NCBI GenBank assembly: GCA_048013815.1
Contig: CM106585.1
Coordinates: 620,001 to 684,000 of the forward strand
DNA: 64,000 nt
Direction of reading: 5' to 3'
Source: Setoptus koraiensis
Taxonomy: Eukaryota; Animalia; Arthropoda
Shown here: positions 21,183 to 33,706 of the stretch, piece by piece
How positions within the stretch are numbered: the stretch's first letter is position 1
Layout: each line of letters opens with the position of its first letter
Program-made: the position numbers and the translations under genes
The notes under the pieces: generated by a model
What the model was told of the DNA's origin: nothing
What the model saw: the letters and a program-made list of their open reading frames with translations, nothing else
Database searches by the model: none

Positions 21183-22706
21183 ATGATCGTCGTATTCATA
21201 ATGATAATATTTGCAATAGCGAGCAAACAATTGATAATATCAAACGAGTATCTCGCAGCAACATCAACATCTGCCATAATGACATATGGCCAGCCAATAC
21301 AACCTACTTTTGATGAGTGTAACATTACAAACGGTACAAATTGTAAGATATTCTATAAGAAACCGTACTTTGCGACTACGCCAAATTTTTCTATGAGTTG
21401 CACAATTGAGAAGTTACAATATTCATATGAAAAAAATTGCAGCGATATCATTTGGTTTGATGGCAAAGAGTTGGATTTTTATTTGGTGACAGTGGAAAAG
21501 AGTTACAATATGACCATAGATGTCATTGCGCCAATATTGTCTAAGCCATGGATTATAACCGCCATGCGATTTGGCTACAAAATAGAGCCAGATAGAGACG
21601 ACATTCCAGACGTCACTAATGGCACGTATGGTCATTACTTTCCTGATGAATTTTTCCCACCAAATCAACATGACAGATACAGATTAGTGCGTCAGATCTC
21701 ATTTATAAATCTTTATTTAGTTCCTACTGAATTCGCTAAACTAATGAAATTGTTCTCTAATGGATCAATAATAGAATTCAAGATACCTGAAAATTACAAG
21801 AGAGTATTCGATACGTCCAATTTGACTGGCCCATCGACGACGAGTGGCCGCTATCGTGAGTCTTTTATATCACCAAAATTTCTATCTCCTACCTATTTAA
21901 CTTACTATATATTTGCCTCGGACATCGTCATCACCTCCGCCGATTCCTTGGTGTTGGATATGGGCCGGTTGGAAGACGGCAGCACATTTCAGATGCTCTT
22001 CTCAAGCAACAGAACATATCCGAATTCGTTGATTATGGAAATGAATTCCTTATTTATTACAAACTCAAAGATTCCAAATAGTGATATGATACCACCGAAT
22101 AGGCCAAAACCAACAAAATTAATCATTACCTTCGACTCGTTCGAAGTGAAGAACGATCTTAGCATGACCATTAGAGATTTCGAGAGAGTGCCCAAATTTT
22201 CAAATGTTGTGCTAGATTTCGATTTGGGCTCTCATGAGGTGTCTGTACCAGGTGATATTGTTATATTGGCAAAAAATGGCTACGATTTCGAGCACAATAG
22301 TTGCGATCAGTCTATTGATTATACAAATAATCGAGCTAAGCGGACACTTAATTGTCACAAGAACCCCATTTGTCAATCTATTAAAGCCAACACAGAGACG
22401 TGGATGAAACATGTGACAGCATTGTGTCATATTTGTAAAAATGACGGACATTACAGCGAAGATTGCCCACTAGTATTGATCAATCAAACAAGCGAGAGTT
22501 CCTTGAAACAATTAGTGTGTATAGATGTAGACCGACATGGTGGTGACAGGAGCATATCAAAATTATTAATATTTATGACGGTAGTGTATTGCATAATCTT
22601 TTTGGCGATAGCAGTCGGCCTATACTACGCCTTGAAAAAAATAATTCGTAACTCTAATGAGAGAAAGAAAAGCGTAACTAACAGAAAAATAAGAAACACA
22701 AAATGA
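21183..22706 (+). CDS. Orphan type I membrane glycoprotein (507 aa), possibly a degenerate LRR-like ectodomain
   Basis: Signal peptide, many N-x-S/T sites, Cys clusters at both ends of the ectodomain, TM (LLIFMTVVYCIIFLAIAVGLYYAL) and a short basic tail. Confidence 0.8.
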   Translation: MIVVFIMIIFAIASKQLIISNEYLAATSTSAIMTYGQPIQPTFDECNITNGTNCKIFYKKPYFATTPNFSMSCTIEKLQYSYEKNCSDIIWFDGKELDFYLVTVEKSYNMTIDVIAPILSKPWIITAMRFGYKIEPDRDDIPDVTNGTYGHYFPDEFFPPNQHDRYRLVRQISFINLYLVPTEFAKLMKLFSNGSIIEFKIPENYKRVFDTSNLTGPSTTSGRYRESFISPKFLSPTYLTYYIFASDIVITSADSLVLDMGRLEDGSTFQMLFSSNRTYPNSLIMEMNSLFITNSKIPNSDMIPPNRPKPTKLIITFDSFEVKNDLSMTIRDFERVPKFSNVVLDFDLGSHEVSVPGDIVILAKNGYDFEHNSCDQSIDYTNNRAKRTLNCHKNPICQSIKANTETWMKHVTALCHICKNDGHYSEDCPLVLINQTSESSLKQLVCIDVDRHGGDRSISKLLIFMTVVYCIIFLAIAVGLYYALKKIIRNSNERKKSVTNRKIRNTK

Positions 22707-22724
22707 ATTTGAAGCTGTTGCTAA

Positions 22725-24223
22725 TCAAACAACGCCACCGTTCTTATTGGTGTTGTCGACATTTGTTTTTGCTGTTGTTGTTGTTGTTGCCGTTGCTGTT
22801 GGTGCATCAATTTGTGTTTGGGCCGTATCTGCGGGTACAGACGGCGAATGTAAAACAGGCATTTTGGCCAACAGATCGCCAGTGCTTTTGACCTTTAACG
22901 TGTAATCTCTCAATTTTGCAATCTCTTTCATCATCAATTTGTTTGATTTTATTGGGTCCGATTTGAGCATTGTCTCACACAAGTAAGTCAACCAGATCAA
23001 GTTGCTTTTTGGCGTATAATTGGACCATTTGTTCTCTGTTGTGGTCACCATTTGTCTGTAGGCTCTGTTCTGGAGTGACATCTTGATTGCGGGCTTGTTA
23101 CCGGCGTACGATCGAAGCGTTGACTTGAGATCACGATAATAAACGCGCCCGTCGCGAGATAAACGCGAAAAAGTGGCGTCTATTATGGTTGATTTAACGC
23201 CGAATGTTTCTATATTGTAATGTGTACCATCCAATATATAGGGCAATGTTTTTTTGCTGGTTGGCTTTATCAATATGTTGCTGATATGCAAATCACGATG
23301 CTCATATTTGTAAACTTTCTCCGCGATGGCCAAACCAACAACCACCTGAATGAGCACACTGGCCATTTGAAATTCATTTAATTTTCCGTGATTCATCATC
23401 CACCACAATGGATGACCGTCGTGTTTCATCACACTAACAACATATTCTTTTGGCAATATCTCAATCAACATTCTTTCCTCTTCACTTAATTTTTTCTCTT
23501 CCTCTAAACGTTTCTCTCGTTTCTTCTTTTCCCCTTCATCACTTTGTGGCGAGTTTCCGTCGTGCACTTTTGTGCCGCTAGTCACCGACCGTTCCATATC
23601 GCCACATAATACCTTTATCTCGTAAATGCGACAAAAAAATTGAGTTTTATACATTTGATCGTTGACAACGACACCACGGTGCAAATCTGACAGTGCCTGT
23701 GTAATGACAATCTCATTCATGATGTCATTGTATGATTGGCATCCATTCGAGGCAAAATAAGGCACCTTTTTGATGATTTGCTTTGAAATGGCGCGAATAA
23801 TTTTCATCACAACAGTTTGATTATCTTTGGAATTGGTTGCCTTGAGCACCTCCGAGTATGTGCTCGACTCGAAGCGTTCAATCTTCTTGAAAATGCCACT
23901 GCGATATGGTGGTGATGATGATGATATGAGCAGGAAATAACCGATATGATTAACGGTGATGCGACAACATTAATTCTGTGCTAAATTATTGTGCGATGTT
24001 TGACTTACCTGGTGGAATATTCCTCGAACGGTTTTGGCTCATCTTGGTTGCAGGCCCGCAATACACGACGACGGTATTTGTCAGTGTCAATTAATCTTCT
24101 GATTGTGTTTGCCTTCTCCTCGAAACTGTCCATACTGGTTCGAGTACGATTCTCGACTAACTCATCTTTAACAAGTTCACAGCTGTTTAGAGCTATGTGA
24201 GCGCTGGACCTAACAAGCAGCAA
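22725..24223 (-). CDS. Haspin-like atypical Ser/Thr kinase (5' end unresolved)
   Basis: Phase-2 intron 23899-24008 gives RVLRACNQDEPKPF...KKIERFESSTYSEV. Motifs VVMKI, MNEIVI, YEHRDLHISNILI, IIDATFSR and QNRAYRQM...W..YTPKSNLIW. Confidence 0.85.
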
Positions 24224-24961
24224 CTAACTAAATAATTTGATAGCTGACTACTGTAACTAGCTCAAACCTATCTATTCAGATATCGAGCACTAGCGCGTGA
24301 CCAGTCTTACCGATATACCAATACCAAACTGTGAACTGTAGTAGTTGAGCAAGTGAATCTCGCGGGTTCATACTTGCTACAGTGCACATGTTTTTAGCTA
24401 CAAATGTAATGTAATTGATAAAGACAAACAATTATTTTCTAGTGGAAATGTTCGTCAATCAACAAGTTATAGCTGTGAGTATTTTTTTGCATTGGCCGCT
24501 ATGTTTTTTTTCCTGAAAAGACTGCACATTTTTGAAAGAACATTAGCTCATTGAACATTTCTCTCTGGCTTGTTCGAGGCGCCAACTTGAAATACACTTG
24601 TAATTTCACTCCAATCAGAATTCTTTCTTGTTTTCTGACTAACCAAGATGTGACCAGTCTGTGTGGTGCGCTGTTTGCGTTGCTGAAGCCCGGCTATGAT
24701 TGACCCGACAGGTCAGTTAGGATACAGATGCGGATAAAAGGTGTCTGTACCCATAGACCCAACAAGATTAGATGGACAGACAAAATCGACAATCACTCGC
24801 GTGACGACCATATCTGTTTCACTTGTGGAAGATAGTTTGGTTCGATATCAACGACTAGCATCACTCTTATAAATTTTAGTGTCAACATATTAATGCATCA
24901 AATTAATTTCAAACAAACAAGTTACCTCTATGACATACCGATTAAATATCTAGTTCCGGTT

Positions 24962-27184
24962 TCACAGTACAAATTGCAGAATTAGTATTATACCAGATGT
25001 AATCCACCCAAAAAGCTACTCCAGAGCGTAATATAAATTGAGATGGTGACAAAATTAATAGTTAAATGTAATTAACTCTAGAGAATTTTTGTAGCTGAAA
25101 CTTCTGACAACGATCGATATTAGCTCTGATTGAGCCACGAGTACGTACTGAAGGCAAATTTCCAAGAGTCACCGGATATAAATTGACGACAAAAAATGCA
25201 ATATTGTTGATATCACCTAAATATTCCAACACAATTATCAATTGTGTCAAGTTCCAGCTACTCATGAGCGATTGGTAGATGATTAGATTCTGAAGTGCAT
25301 GATAGATTGCTTCGAACTAGTGAGAAATATTAGAGAAAACAATGAGAGAATTTTATAATCATTGATTTTGTATGTAATTTATGTAAAGATTCTCTAGCAT
25401 GGTCATGGATGTTAGATGTTCGGATAGTGTTAGATTAGAAGACGCCAGGTGGTTCTAACTAAAATCATATTTATATGCACCTTGCGATGTATAAGGGCAG
25501 AAGTGTAAGTGACTATCATAATGGGTATCCAATAACTGGCAAAAATGATGTGGATTCCCTGAAGCTGGAGATCGTCCAACTCGGATATTATCATGAGTGA
25601 GGCGATGGTAAACATAATGCAGGGCATTTTGATGATAACCTCTAGATTGAGATAAAGAGTGAAATTTCGCTTCAATTCATCGAATTCTGACCGCAGCTCG
25701 CAGATCATTCTAATAAGTTTATCGATGTTCTCGGACAACTCACTGAGATTTTTTCCTCCTTCATCGATTATTCTATCCGCTGGTTGACAAATAAACGTCC
25801 CATTTATCAATTTTCTCTTCATCTTATCATAGCCACCGCCATTATTGACAATCACAGATGGCTCATCTTCATGATACTGATTAACTGTGTTATTCCTCTT
25901 CATAATGCTTCCGTTTTCATGGATACTAGGAGAGCTGAAGGCATTTGTTGTTTGTTGCCGGTGAAACGAATAGAGTTTGATTATGTGTAGGGTGAAATTC
26001 AATGTATGCTCTGCCTTGTTATAACAAACTATCCAATCCAGAACAAATTTTGCTACGTCGCTCATTTGAAACACACAAATAGTAGCCGCAGTTGCCGCCA
26101 GCATGTATGGAAATATACGTTGATCAATGAATAGCGTTATTGAATCGTGACAGCCATGAAACTCTACTAAAAAAGAGACGCGGACCAATAAAATATCAGT
26201 GATTGTAACGCCTATGAGGCTCGCTAAGTACAAATAAAATAAGCGTCTCATTGTCTTCATATCCATTATGTATGGGGTACCATCTTTGCGAAGTATTTTC
26301 GGAAATTTAAACTGATAATCGATCTCTCGAAAATCATCATTGAAATTAAACAATTGTCCCTTGTAAGTAAATTCTTCATATTTATCTGGATACGGTCTAG
26401 ACAATTCTGTATAAATATCACCATTCCAACGACTATAATAACTTCTACGAAGCGATTTTCTTGAGTGTCGAATCTCGTTATGCTGACGATGTGTTCGGCC
26501 AGCCATAATGTTATTTTCTGACGTTCCACGATTTTTCTGAACGCCTGTGAAAAGTTGCGACTCCAATCTGCCTATATGAGTAGAGTATTTAATTTTATCA
26601 CAATGTACTTTATCTCTACTTTGAACCACATCAGTTAGGCCCATAATATAAAGCCATCCTCGCAAAGTTAAATTGAGACAAGCGATGTAAGTGAATGATA
26701 GGTCATAGTGTCGGTGACGATAATTGGTACTCAAACATCTTTTTAAGTTTCGTATACGCATGTAATAAGTCTCTATTATAAGTACACCTAAAACCTTGCT
26801 CAACATACGAGAGTATGTATAATATACAAATAAGTTCAATGTCAAATTCAGCTCTTCCAATTTTAGAATGAGACTGTCGCTACCAAAACCGTAAACCATT
26901 AAATCGAATGCCAAATAGAATCCCAAGCAAAAATCAATCGTCAGCCACCCTAAATACCAAGACTTTTGATGTCTAATTCTCAAAAATAGCCTTATTCGAT
27001 CTCTCATTCTCTGTATGAATTTTTGCTTCAATAATTTTTTTTCACCATCATACTGTTTTATCATTGTACTAGGTTCGTCTTTGTGTACATTATTGTTGAG
27101 CAAAAGGTTCACTGAACTATTGACTGTTGTGCAAGTTAAAATAATCGGTCTAAATATATTTATTTTGATAAAATCCATCTTCAA
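24962..27184 (-). CDS. Gustatory receptor (7TM chemoreceptor family), 3 exons, 641 aa
   Basis: Model complement(join(24962..25015,25149..25316,25481..27184)) with two phase-0 3' introns. The last exon reads LFGWITSGIILILQFVL*, matching the GR TM7 T-hhhh-QF signature. Multiple TM segments. Confidence 0.85.
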
Positions 27185-27966
27185 GTTTGTTGAAAATTGT
27201 TTTCGATCCTTCTATGAAAAATTGCTATGTGAAAGAATCTAAGATTGGTTCATCAAACATTTCTGCATTATACGGGCAATTTACAGTGAATTGTTCTTAT
27301 TGTTAGAATCTATACAAAGTATATTATAATTACTAATTTGGATTATAAATTTTAGCTTGAGTTCTTGGCTGGACGACACACTTAATCCAATGGAACGATC
27401 GTTAATTCACTCCAATATCAATAAAAACTGTTTATTATTTATGTATGTATCTAAGTCTAATTGAAATACTTAAAATGTCAAAGTGGTTACGCTCGAATAG
27501 ATGTACCACAGAATATACAAGATTCATAAGTTGGCGTGCTTGGGATAGATTTGAGAAAATGCACGCCACGAGGCGTTCGACATGTCGTTAAGTATATTTA
27601 CGGTGCTCATTTCAGGTGAAAGTAGCGTAGTACCGATGACATCAGAGCGCCATGTATTTAAGAGATCGCCTTGTCTCCCAAACAATCGTGCAGCTAATGT
27701 AATGTAGTATACTACAAGCTGCAACCTGTCGTCTCGTTATTTAAAATTTTATTTTGTTTTCATCCTGCTCTAGAAGTTCGATGGAGAGCGTTCCTGGCGA
27801 GATTTCAACCATTGGGGAATGAAGAACTCACTCCGAGTGTACTCCCTGAAAAAGTTTTTTCGCGTTACCCTTCCTTTATTTAGGTTGCGAATAGAAGTAA
27901 GAGCAAGAGAACAAAGTAATCTTCTGCGATGTCTAGGCAAAAAATGATAATAAATAGCTTTTACGT

Positions 27967-29391
27967 TTATTTGGCGCTGTTTTTTTTCTGCTTCATCAGT
28001 TCTCCATATTGCGATATTGACTTAACACCACCCCGAGTCTTCATAACCTGATTATAATAAGTAGACCCCGTCGACTCTTGCGAAGGACTCTTCTTAGGTG
28101 CTGATGCGGTGCCTCCGCCACTCGCACCACCAGCCGTAGCAATGACAGGAGACAATAATGGGCTGATGCCATTTCCGGTCGGCCTGTAGGGCGAGGTTGC
28201 AACCACTGGGTGAAGGGTAACAATTTGTTGTCTTGGTGCTGGTATCTGTTCTTCCTGCACCGACAAACTGCCGGATCTGTTGGTGACAACTCTGCACATG
28301 TGATAAAATAGTCGCAGCATCATATAGAGTACGATTGAGGTTAAATAGGCACATCCCACCGATATTAGCCAATGCTGGCAATGATCTGGACAAAAGGAGA
28401 CGCTAATGATGGCGCTGCCCGCCCAAACGCCAGTTCCAGCGCCTACAAGAAGACTTAGATACATATAATAGACGACGGCGAATGGGCCGTAACCGAGACT
28501 TCGAGCATAGGCCCTCTTTATGCCATACTTGAGTATTATAGCCACCATTAATCCCCCAGCTAAACCTATGGCGCCCACAATAACACCCTTTATAATTGAT
28601 ACTTTCATTTCATCTAATTTGCCAAAAAAGCTCTCTTGGCAGGTCAAAAAAAACATAACAGAGGAGAACAAATAAAATAGAATTGTGTAATCTATCCACG
28701 TTAAATGGGCGCTCATAGTGAAAGTTTCATGTTGTTCGCCCCCAACATAGGAAATGTCACCCGATAAATCGGCATCAAAGCAAGCGTTAGGTTTAGAGGC
28801 CGAACCATAGACCGATATGTAGCTCATAATGGGGAAAAATACCTTGAAATTGTGTTCGCGTCCACGAATTTCCATAGCGTAAACCATTATCCTTGCGTCG
28901 CTTTCTGGGCAATTATGCGTTAATCTAATTGTTGCTGGCTTCCTCAATCTGCAGGGTCTATGTAACCAAAAGCGTATCACTCTCAAATCAAAATATCGTT
29001 CGTCGTCGATGGGTTGCGTGGGCGAATCCCTTTTGCCGAATATCACATGACCAGGTATACTAAGCCGTGTCGCCATTGACTGGTGCTCATCAAACATATC
29101 CACTGTTATTGTCGTCCTTCTTCTATTGTACATGGCCGATATGTCGCCCGTTCTTATTTCAACTAAATAGCTATGTGTTGCCGTGTTTTTGTTACAACAA
29201 TCATAGAGGTGGGTGGCATGTAATGATTTGATTAATGTGCGCAATATCACCACCACCAACATCAAACCAATAATCCAAAATGGTAGCCCGGTAATCAGTA
29301 GGCCAAGGGGGAAGGAGTCCCTCCCACAATCATGGGCACCTGTAGGTTTTGCGTTTGAAGTTGCCATTTTCAGCAATACGATGATTGACAA
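27967..29391 (-). CDS. Truncated polycystin-1-like membrane protein with PLAT/LH2 domain (474 aa)
   Basis: A TM, then YLVEIRTG...TITVDMF...IRLTHN...FFPIMSYISV (PLAT-like), about 4 further TMs and an S/K-rich tail. No large ectodomain or GPS site. Confidence 0.7.
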   Translation of the reverse strand: MSIIVLLKMATSNAKPTGAHDCGRDSFPLGLLITGLPFWIIGLMLVVVILRTLIKSLHATHLYDCCNKNTATHSYLVEIRTGDISAMYNRRRTTITVDMFDEHQSMATRLSIPGHVIFGKRDSPTQPIDDERYFDLRVIRFWLHRPCRLRKPATIRLTHNCPESDARIMVYAMEIRGREHNFKVFFPIMSYISVYGSASKPNACFDADLSGDISYVGGEQHETFTMSAHLTWIDYTILFYLFSSVMFFLTCQESFFGKLDEMKVSIIKGVIVGAIGLAGGLMVAIILKYGIKRAYARSLGYGPFAVVYYMYLSLLVGAGTGVWAGSAIISVSFCPDHCQHWLISVGCAYLTSIVLYMMLRLFYHMCRVVTNRSGSLSVQEEQIPAPRQQIVTLHPVVATSPYRPTGNGISPLLSPVIATAGGASGGGTASAPKKSPSQESTGSTYYNQVMKTRGGVKSISQYGELMKQKKNSAK

Positions 29392-30399
29392 ATACGATTG
29401 CTGTCGTTGTCAGGCTTGTTCATTTGTGGATGTTTTCGTTTGGTTTCTCATTTAGTCTTTCAAATTGCTACTCGGAAATGCAGTACATTCATTGCACTCA
29501 TTACTACTATGCAGGCACAATCTTTACTTGTCACTGCGACGGCATCTCGTGCTGCTGGAAAATCAACTGGCACAAAATAAATAAAAAACACAGTAAAAGA
29601 AAGGAAAATAAAGAAGACAGAAAAGACGGAGAATATCAATATTATTTTTCTTCATCAAGAACAAAACGAAAATTGAATTTTAAATAAGATTCAATGCAAT
29701 AATTTTGTGAATTATTGTAACAATAGACAGAATTTCTCTATAAGGGCCAATTATGGCAGTTGACGCACAACAGTACCAGTCAGAATCGTGGTTCTTAGAA
29801 TCACAAGATTTCGACCCATTAACGGTGTCATGTATTTGCTTCTGCACGATTGTACAAATAATTGGCGTCGTTTATATGCTGTGGAGCTTGATGCCGTGGA
29901 TATTTGAGAATGATCAGGGCAATTGGGTATGACAACATGACGTGAAACACTTCGCGTGATTATTATCCAGTGCTGTCTTAGTTGGACTATGCAAGCTCGA
30001 AGTGATTCTTTCGCGTCGACATTTCGCTTAATTTTTTGGAGAAAAAAAACCCTCAGAATCCAAGATGAATATTTCAGTTTGCGGAATCCGCCTGACACCA
30101 TAAATGAAGCCAAGTTAACTTGATAGGTTCCTGCTCATACGATCGGGATATCGAAGTGACATCCTTCACAATTGAATCGACCGATGGGCGAAACTAACTA
30201 GCCAACCAATTAGAAATAAACACTGAACGAGTAGTATGAAAATCAATTGATTGTTTTTTATGAATACATATCGCTACTCTACAATCTACATTTATCTACA
30301 ATTAAGCTTATACTATCAACACGGGGCTGGGTTGATAGAGAAACTTTCGGTGAGACTGTATAGGAGATGAACTAGTCCAATTCTGTTTTCGCGTTCAGA

Positions 30400-33120
30400 T
30401 TAGTCTGTCTCAAGACGGATTATACGAATTTTTTCGCGTTCCACTAGAATGCAGGCCGCATCGTTTGTGGCGCCACAATAGTGTGACGACGAGAATACCG
30501 TTATCACTTTACCATTGCAGTGTAGCGCATAGCCTGGCGGAACGCACTCGTGGGCCCTAATAACGTGTGACAGTGTATTGACATGAAGAAATCGCTTGAT
30601 AGCCTCCTCTGAAAAAAAGAACGCCGTACCGCGCTTTGTGTTGGGCAAGAAACCTTGCATGTTGCTTACGGCAGCCTGGCCGCCGGGTTGTTTGCGAAGC
30701 AAGTCCGCATATTCGGTGTATTCTGTGCTCGAAACGGGGTCATTCCACAATATCTCCCAAGCGGCTGGCGATTGATGTTCCGGGTCTATGAGTGGCGAGG
30801 GTATATTCACCAGTTCGTCGAGCCGGGTGGCCGAGGTGGGTATGCCGCCGTGCGAACAATAGATCTGATCGTCGATGGTGGCCGCCACGGGCATCAAATC
30901 AAAACATTTATTTAATGTCTCCCACACTTGTGTGCCCAATTGTTGATTCTTAAATTTTTCACACACCTCCCTAAAGAAGGTGAACGCCTGCTGAATGGAG
31001 CGCAATTCGTGATTCCCGCGCAACAAAAAGAACGCCTTCGGGGCCAACACTTTCATCGACAACAAATATATAATACACTCTAGGCCGTAGTCGCCCCTGT
31101 CCACGTAGTCGCCCAAAAACAAATACGAGGCCGTGATACAAGTGGGCGCATGGGGCCACAGTACGCGCTCATAGCAGCGCAAATCTTTCAGATTGCCATG
31201 AATGTCGCCCAAGACGTAACAGGGCGACGTCACTCCCACTATGCGGGCCTCGCGCTTAAAAATAGCCTCGGATTGCTGACAGACGCGCCTAATGTCGTCG
31301 GCCAATAATTGTCTATCCGCCTTCTCCCAGGCGGTTTGTCTCAGTTCGCTGGGATTTGTTTTGTTGCCCAACACAGTCCAATAGGCAGTGACCATATCTA
31401 TGAGTTTGTTTGGTGTGCTGTCGCTGGCAAATACGGCCCGCGACAATTGTCTCTGGGCCCTACTAATAGGCGGCGGATACTCATCGAAACGCACCTCGGT
31501 GGGCTCAACAATTTGCGCGTCGTGCGTCAGCTTGACCGTATGCAAAGCGAGCACGTATTTCTTTTCTTTGCATCGCGGACAGGTGCCCTTCTTTTGCAGC
31601 TCGCCACCCACTAGATTTCCCTCGATATCCGTGAGAGCGTGCTTCTCGATTATAGTCTCGTAGTGTTGTTTGATGGGCAAAACGCTGACGTTCGAGCGAA
31701 ACAATGATGACGTGCCGCGGAGTTGCATTGAGCCAACGGCGCGCATAAACAACATCTCGTTGATGGGTTCGCCCAGCTTAACGCCCACACTATTGTATAT
31801 CCGTTCGACGTCCTTCTTAATGGCCACTGCTGTTAGCTCGCCCGAATTTGACTTGCTCTTCTGCTGGCCGGCCTCGTTTTGGGGCGCGGTGCCTGGCGCC
31901 GCCACTTGCGAGGCCAAAAAGCCTGTTTTTTGCGATATGCGCGAACTCTTTCGTTTTAGACCATCTATGGCCATATTGTGGATGTCTTGCAGCGTCAAAT
32001 GACCCGTCCCATTTGAGTCGTAATAGCGAAATATGTAGGCGCATCTCACCTCGCCCGAATGTCCGCCATGCTGGGTATTTCGGTCCATGGCGGCCAGGCC
32101 CAATAGCAACTCGTGGAATGTCACATAGGGCATGTGATTGAAACGGAAGGCCCTGAATAAGGCACCAATATCCAACAATGAATTTGCGTGATCGTAGCCG
32201 AGCTTGTGCATGTAACGCTGAAATGAAACAAAATTCATATTTTGCGAGGGATAACAATGCTGAACATAATCACTATATAAACGCAATATGTCACCACGCT
32301 CAAAATGGCACGATTTTAACATTTCCTCTTGGAATGTGCGCGCAACATCGCGCGGCTGAAAGCGCATCGCCTCCCTGAGAGTATATTCACTATAGGCACC
32401 TCGTTCCACACTGTTAGTGGCAAATGCCAGCGTAAGAATGCCCGGCTCCGGTCCCCAAATTTCCAATTTTTGTTCCTCTTTGATAATTGTATCGTGTCTG
32501 AGCCACCTAACGCCCTGATAGCCGTCCTGGCAACAGTCAACAGTTTGATTGATGGCACTGGGACTGGTCTCTCTGCCGCCACTACCCACCGATCCGGCCT
32601 GTTGAAACATTCCACCACCCGAATTAGAGCCGCCCGGTTGGTTAGTTGGTGATGTCTGGTTCTGTTGTTGCAACGTTGTCATAAACACCACACGAGTGAC
32701 ATACTTGAACACTTCCGGTAGTTGAATGCGCATTATGTGCATTATTTCGGGCGGCGTAAACACACTAGACGACTTTACGCCAACTCTTAGGCCAAACAAT
32801 GAACGCAACCTGTTTACAATGGCCGAGTACCAGCCCTCAGATTGTTTCAACATCACATAGGGCAACCACAGGCCGCGATGGCTGGGACACGGCACTAGAG
32901 CAAATTTGTGATGCTTCGGACAATAGACAAGAACGGCAACAACATCGGACAAATTTCTGCCATACGACGTTGTCACTGAAGCAGTTGTTGCGTAATCATA
33001 GCCAGAGTCTCTGCCACCACTAATTCTTTGGCTGGATGTGGAGGCGGTGGACGCGGTTGATTCTAATGAGCCTGTCTTGCGCGCCCTCCTTGGAGGTGCT
33101 TGTGCTTGCTGATCCATCAA
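30400..33120 (-). CDS. PPP-family Ser/Thr phosphatase with N-terminal EF-hand region (906 aa, intronless)
   Basis: GDIHG, GDYVDRG, RGNHE, HGG, RAHE and FSSSHY motifs; EF-hand loop IFRYYDSNGTGHLTLQD. Confidence 0.93.
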   Translation of the reverse strand: MMDQQAQAPPRRARKTGSLESTASTASTSSQRISGGRDSGYDYATTASVTTSYGRNLSDVVAVLVYCPKHHKFALVPCPSHRGLWLPYVMLKQSEGWYSAIVNRLRSLFGLRVGVKSSSVFTPPEIMHIMRIQLPEVFKYVTRVVFMTTLQQQNQTSPTNQPGGSNSGGGMFQQAGSVGSGGRETSPSAINQTVDCCQDGYQGVRWLRHDTIIKEEQKLEIWGPEPGILTLAFATNSVERGAYSEYTLREAMRFQPRDVARTFQEEMLKSCHFERGDILRLYSDYVQHCYPSQNMNFVSFQRYMHKLGYDHANSLLDIGALFRAFRFNHMPYVTFHELLLGLAAMDRNTQHGGHSGEVRCAYIFRYYDSNGTGHLTLQDIHNMAIDGLKRKSSRISQKTGFLASQVAAPGTAPQNEAGQQKSKSNSGELTAVAIKKDVERIYNSVGVKLGEPINEMLFMRAVGSMQLRGTSSLFRSNVSVLPIKQHYETIIEKHALTDIEGNLVGGELQKKGTCPRCKEKKYVLALHTVKLTHDAQIVEPTEVRFDEYPPPISRAQRQLSRAVFASDSTPNKLIDMVTAYWTVLGNKTNPSELRQTAWEKADRQLLADDIRRVCQQSEAIFKREARIVGVTSPCYVLGDIHGNLKDLRCYERVLWPHAPTCITASYLFLGDYVDRGDYGLECIIYLLSMKVLAPKAFFLLRGNHELRSIQQAFTFFREVCEKFKNQQLGTQVWETLNKCFDLMPVAATIDDQIYCSHGGIPTSATRLDELVNIPSPLIDPEHQSPAAWEILWNDPVSSTEYTEYADLLRKQPGGQAAVSNMQGFLPNTKRGTAFFFSEEAIKRFLHVNTLSHVIRAHECVPPGYALHCNGKVITVFSSSHYCGATNDAACILVEREKIRIIRLETD

Positions 33121-33706
33121 TCTTCCTAGATAATATAATTATCTGATTTGTAATTGGGTACGTGTATATTTACTGCTCCATAGACTGTATCAGTCCACTA
33201 GTGATGTTGCTGTCCATTATCCGAATAATCACATAATCTCAATAATGGTAGTGATATTACAAACGAAACGAAAATAAATTGGTTAATTAGTTGATAGTAG
33301 ACGAGAGAAAAAACAAGTCTACCGTTTCTACAATAGATATTGTCAGATGAGATGATCTACTGTGACTATCACAATGAGTTTTGTCTTCATTGGAACTGGA
33401 TCACGCGGCCGGGGAGTATTTTTTTTTTTTTTGCAAATGAACACATCAATCAAATTGAATGATCGGGCGCGAGATGTAACGCCAATAGTCGTGATATGCT
33501 TGATAAAAGATAAACAAAGTACAGCACACACTGCGACAAATTTCTTATCGAAACAACACACAACTATTGTTTACACACATTGTTGTTCGGACGCATTGTG
33601 CAATCTGGACAATTTGGCAACTTTTAGATGGCACTCTCGATCGAAAGCCATCATAGCTTCATAAGTTGCACAACCGGAAGCATCTAGTCAATATTAAAAT
33701 CTTAGG

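Noticed and set aside
27720-27890. GCAACCT...AGGTTGC inverted pair as a MITE
   Set aside because: Only 7 bp, no TSD, no second copy
29751-30113. 120-aa minus-strand ORF
   Set aside because: No recognisable motif or splice context; lies in the gap between two genes and may be UTR
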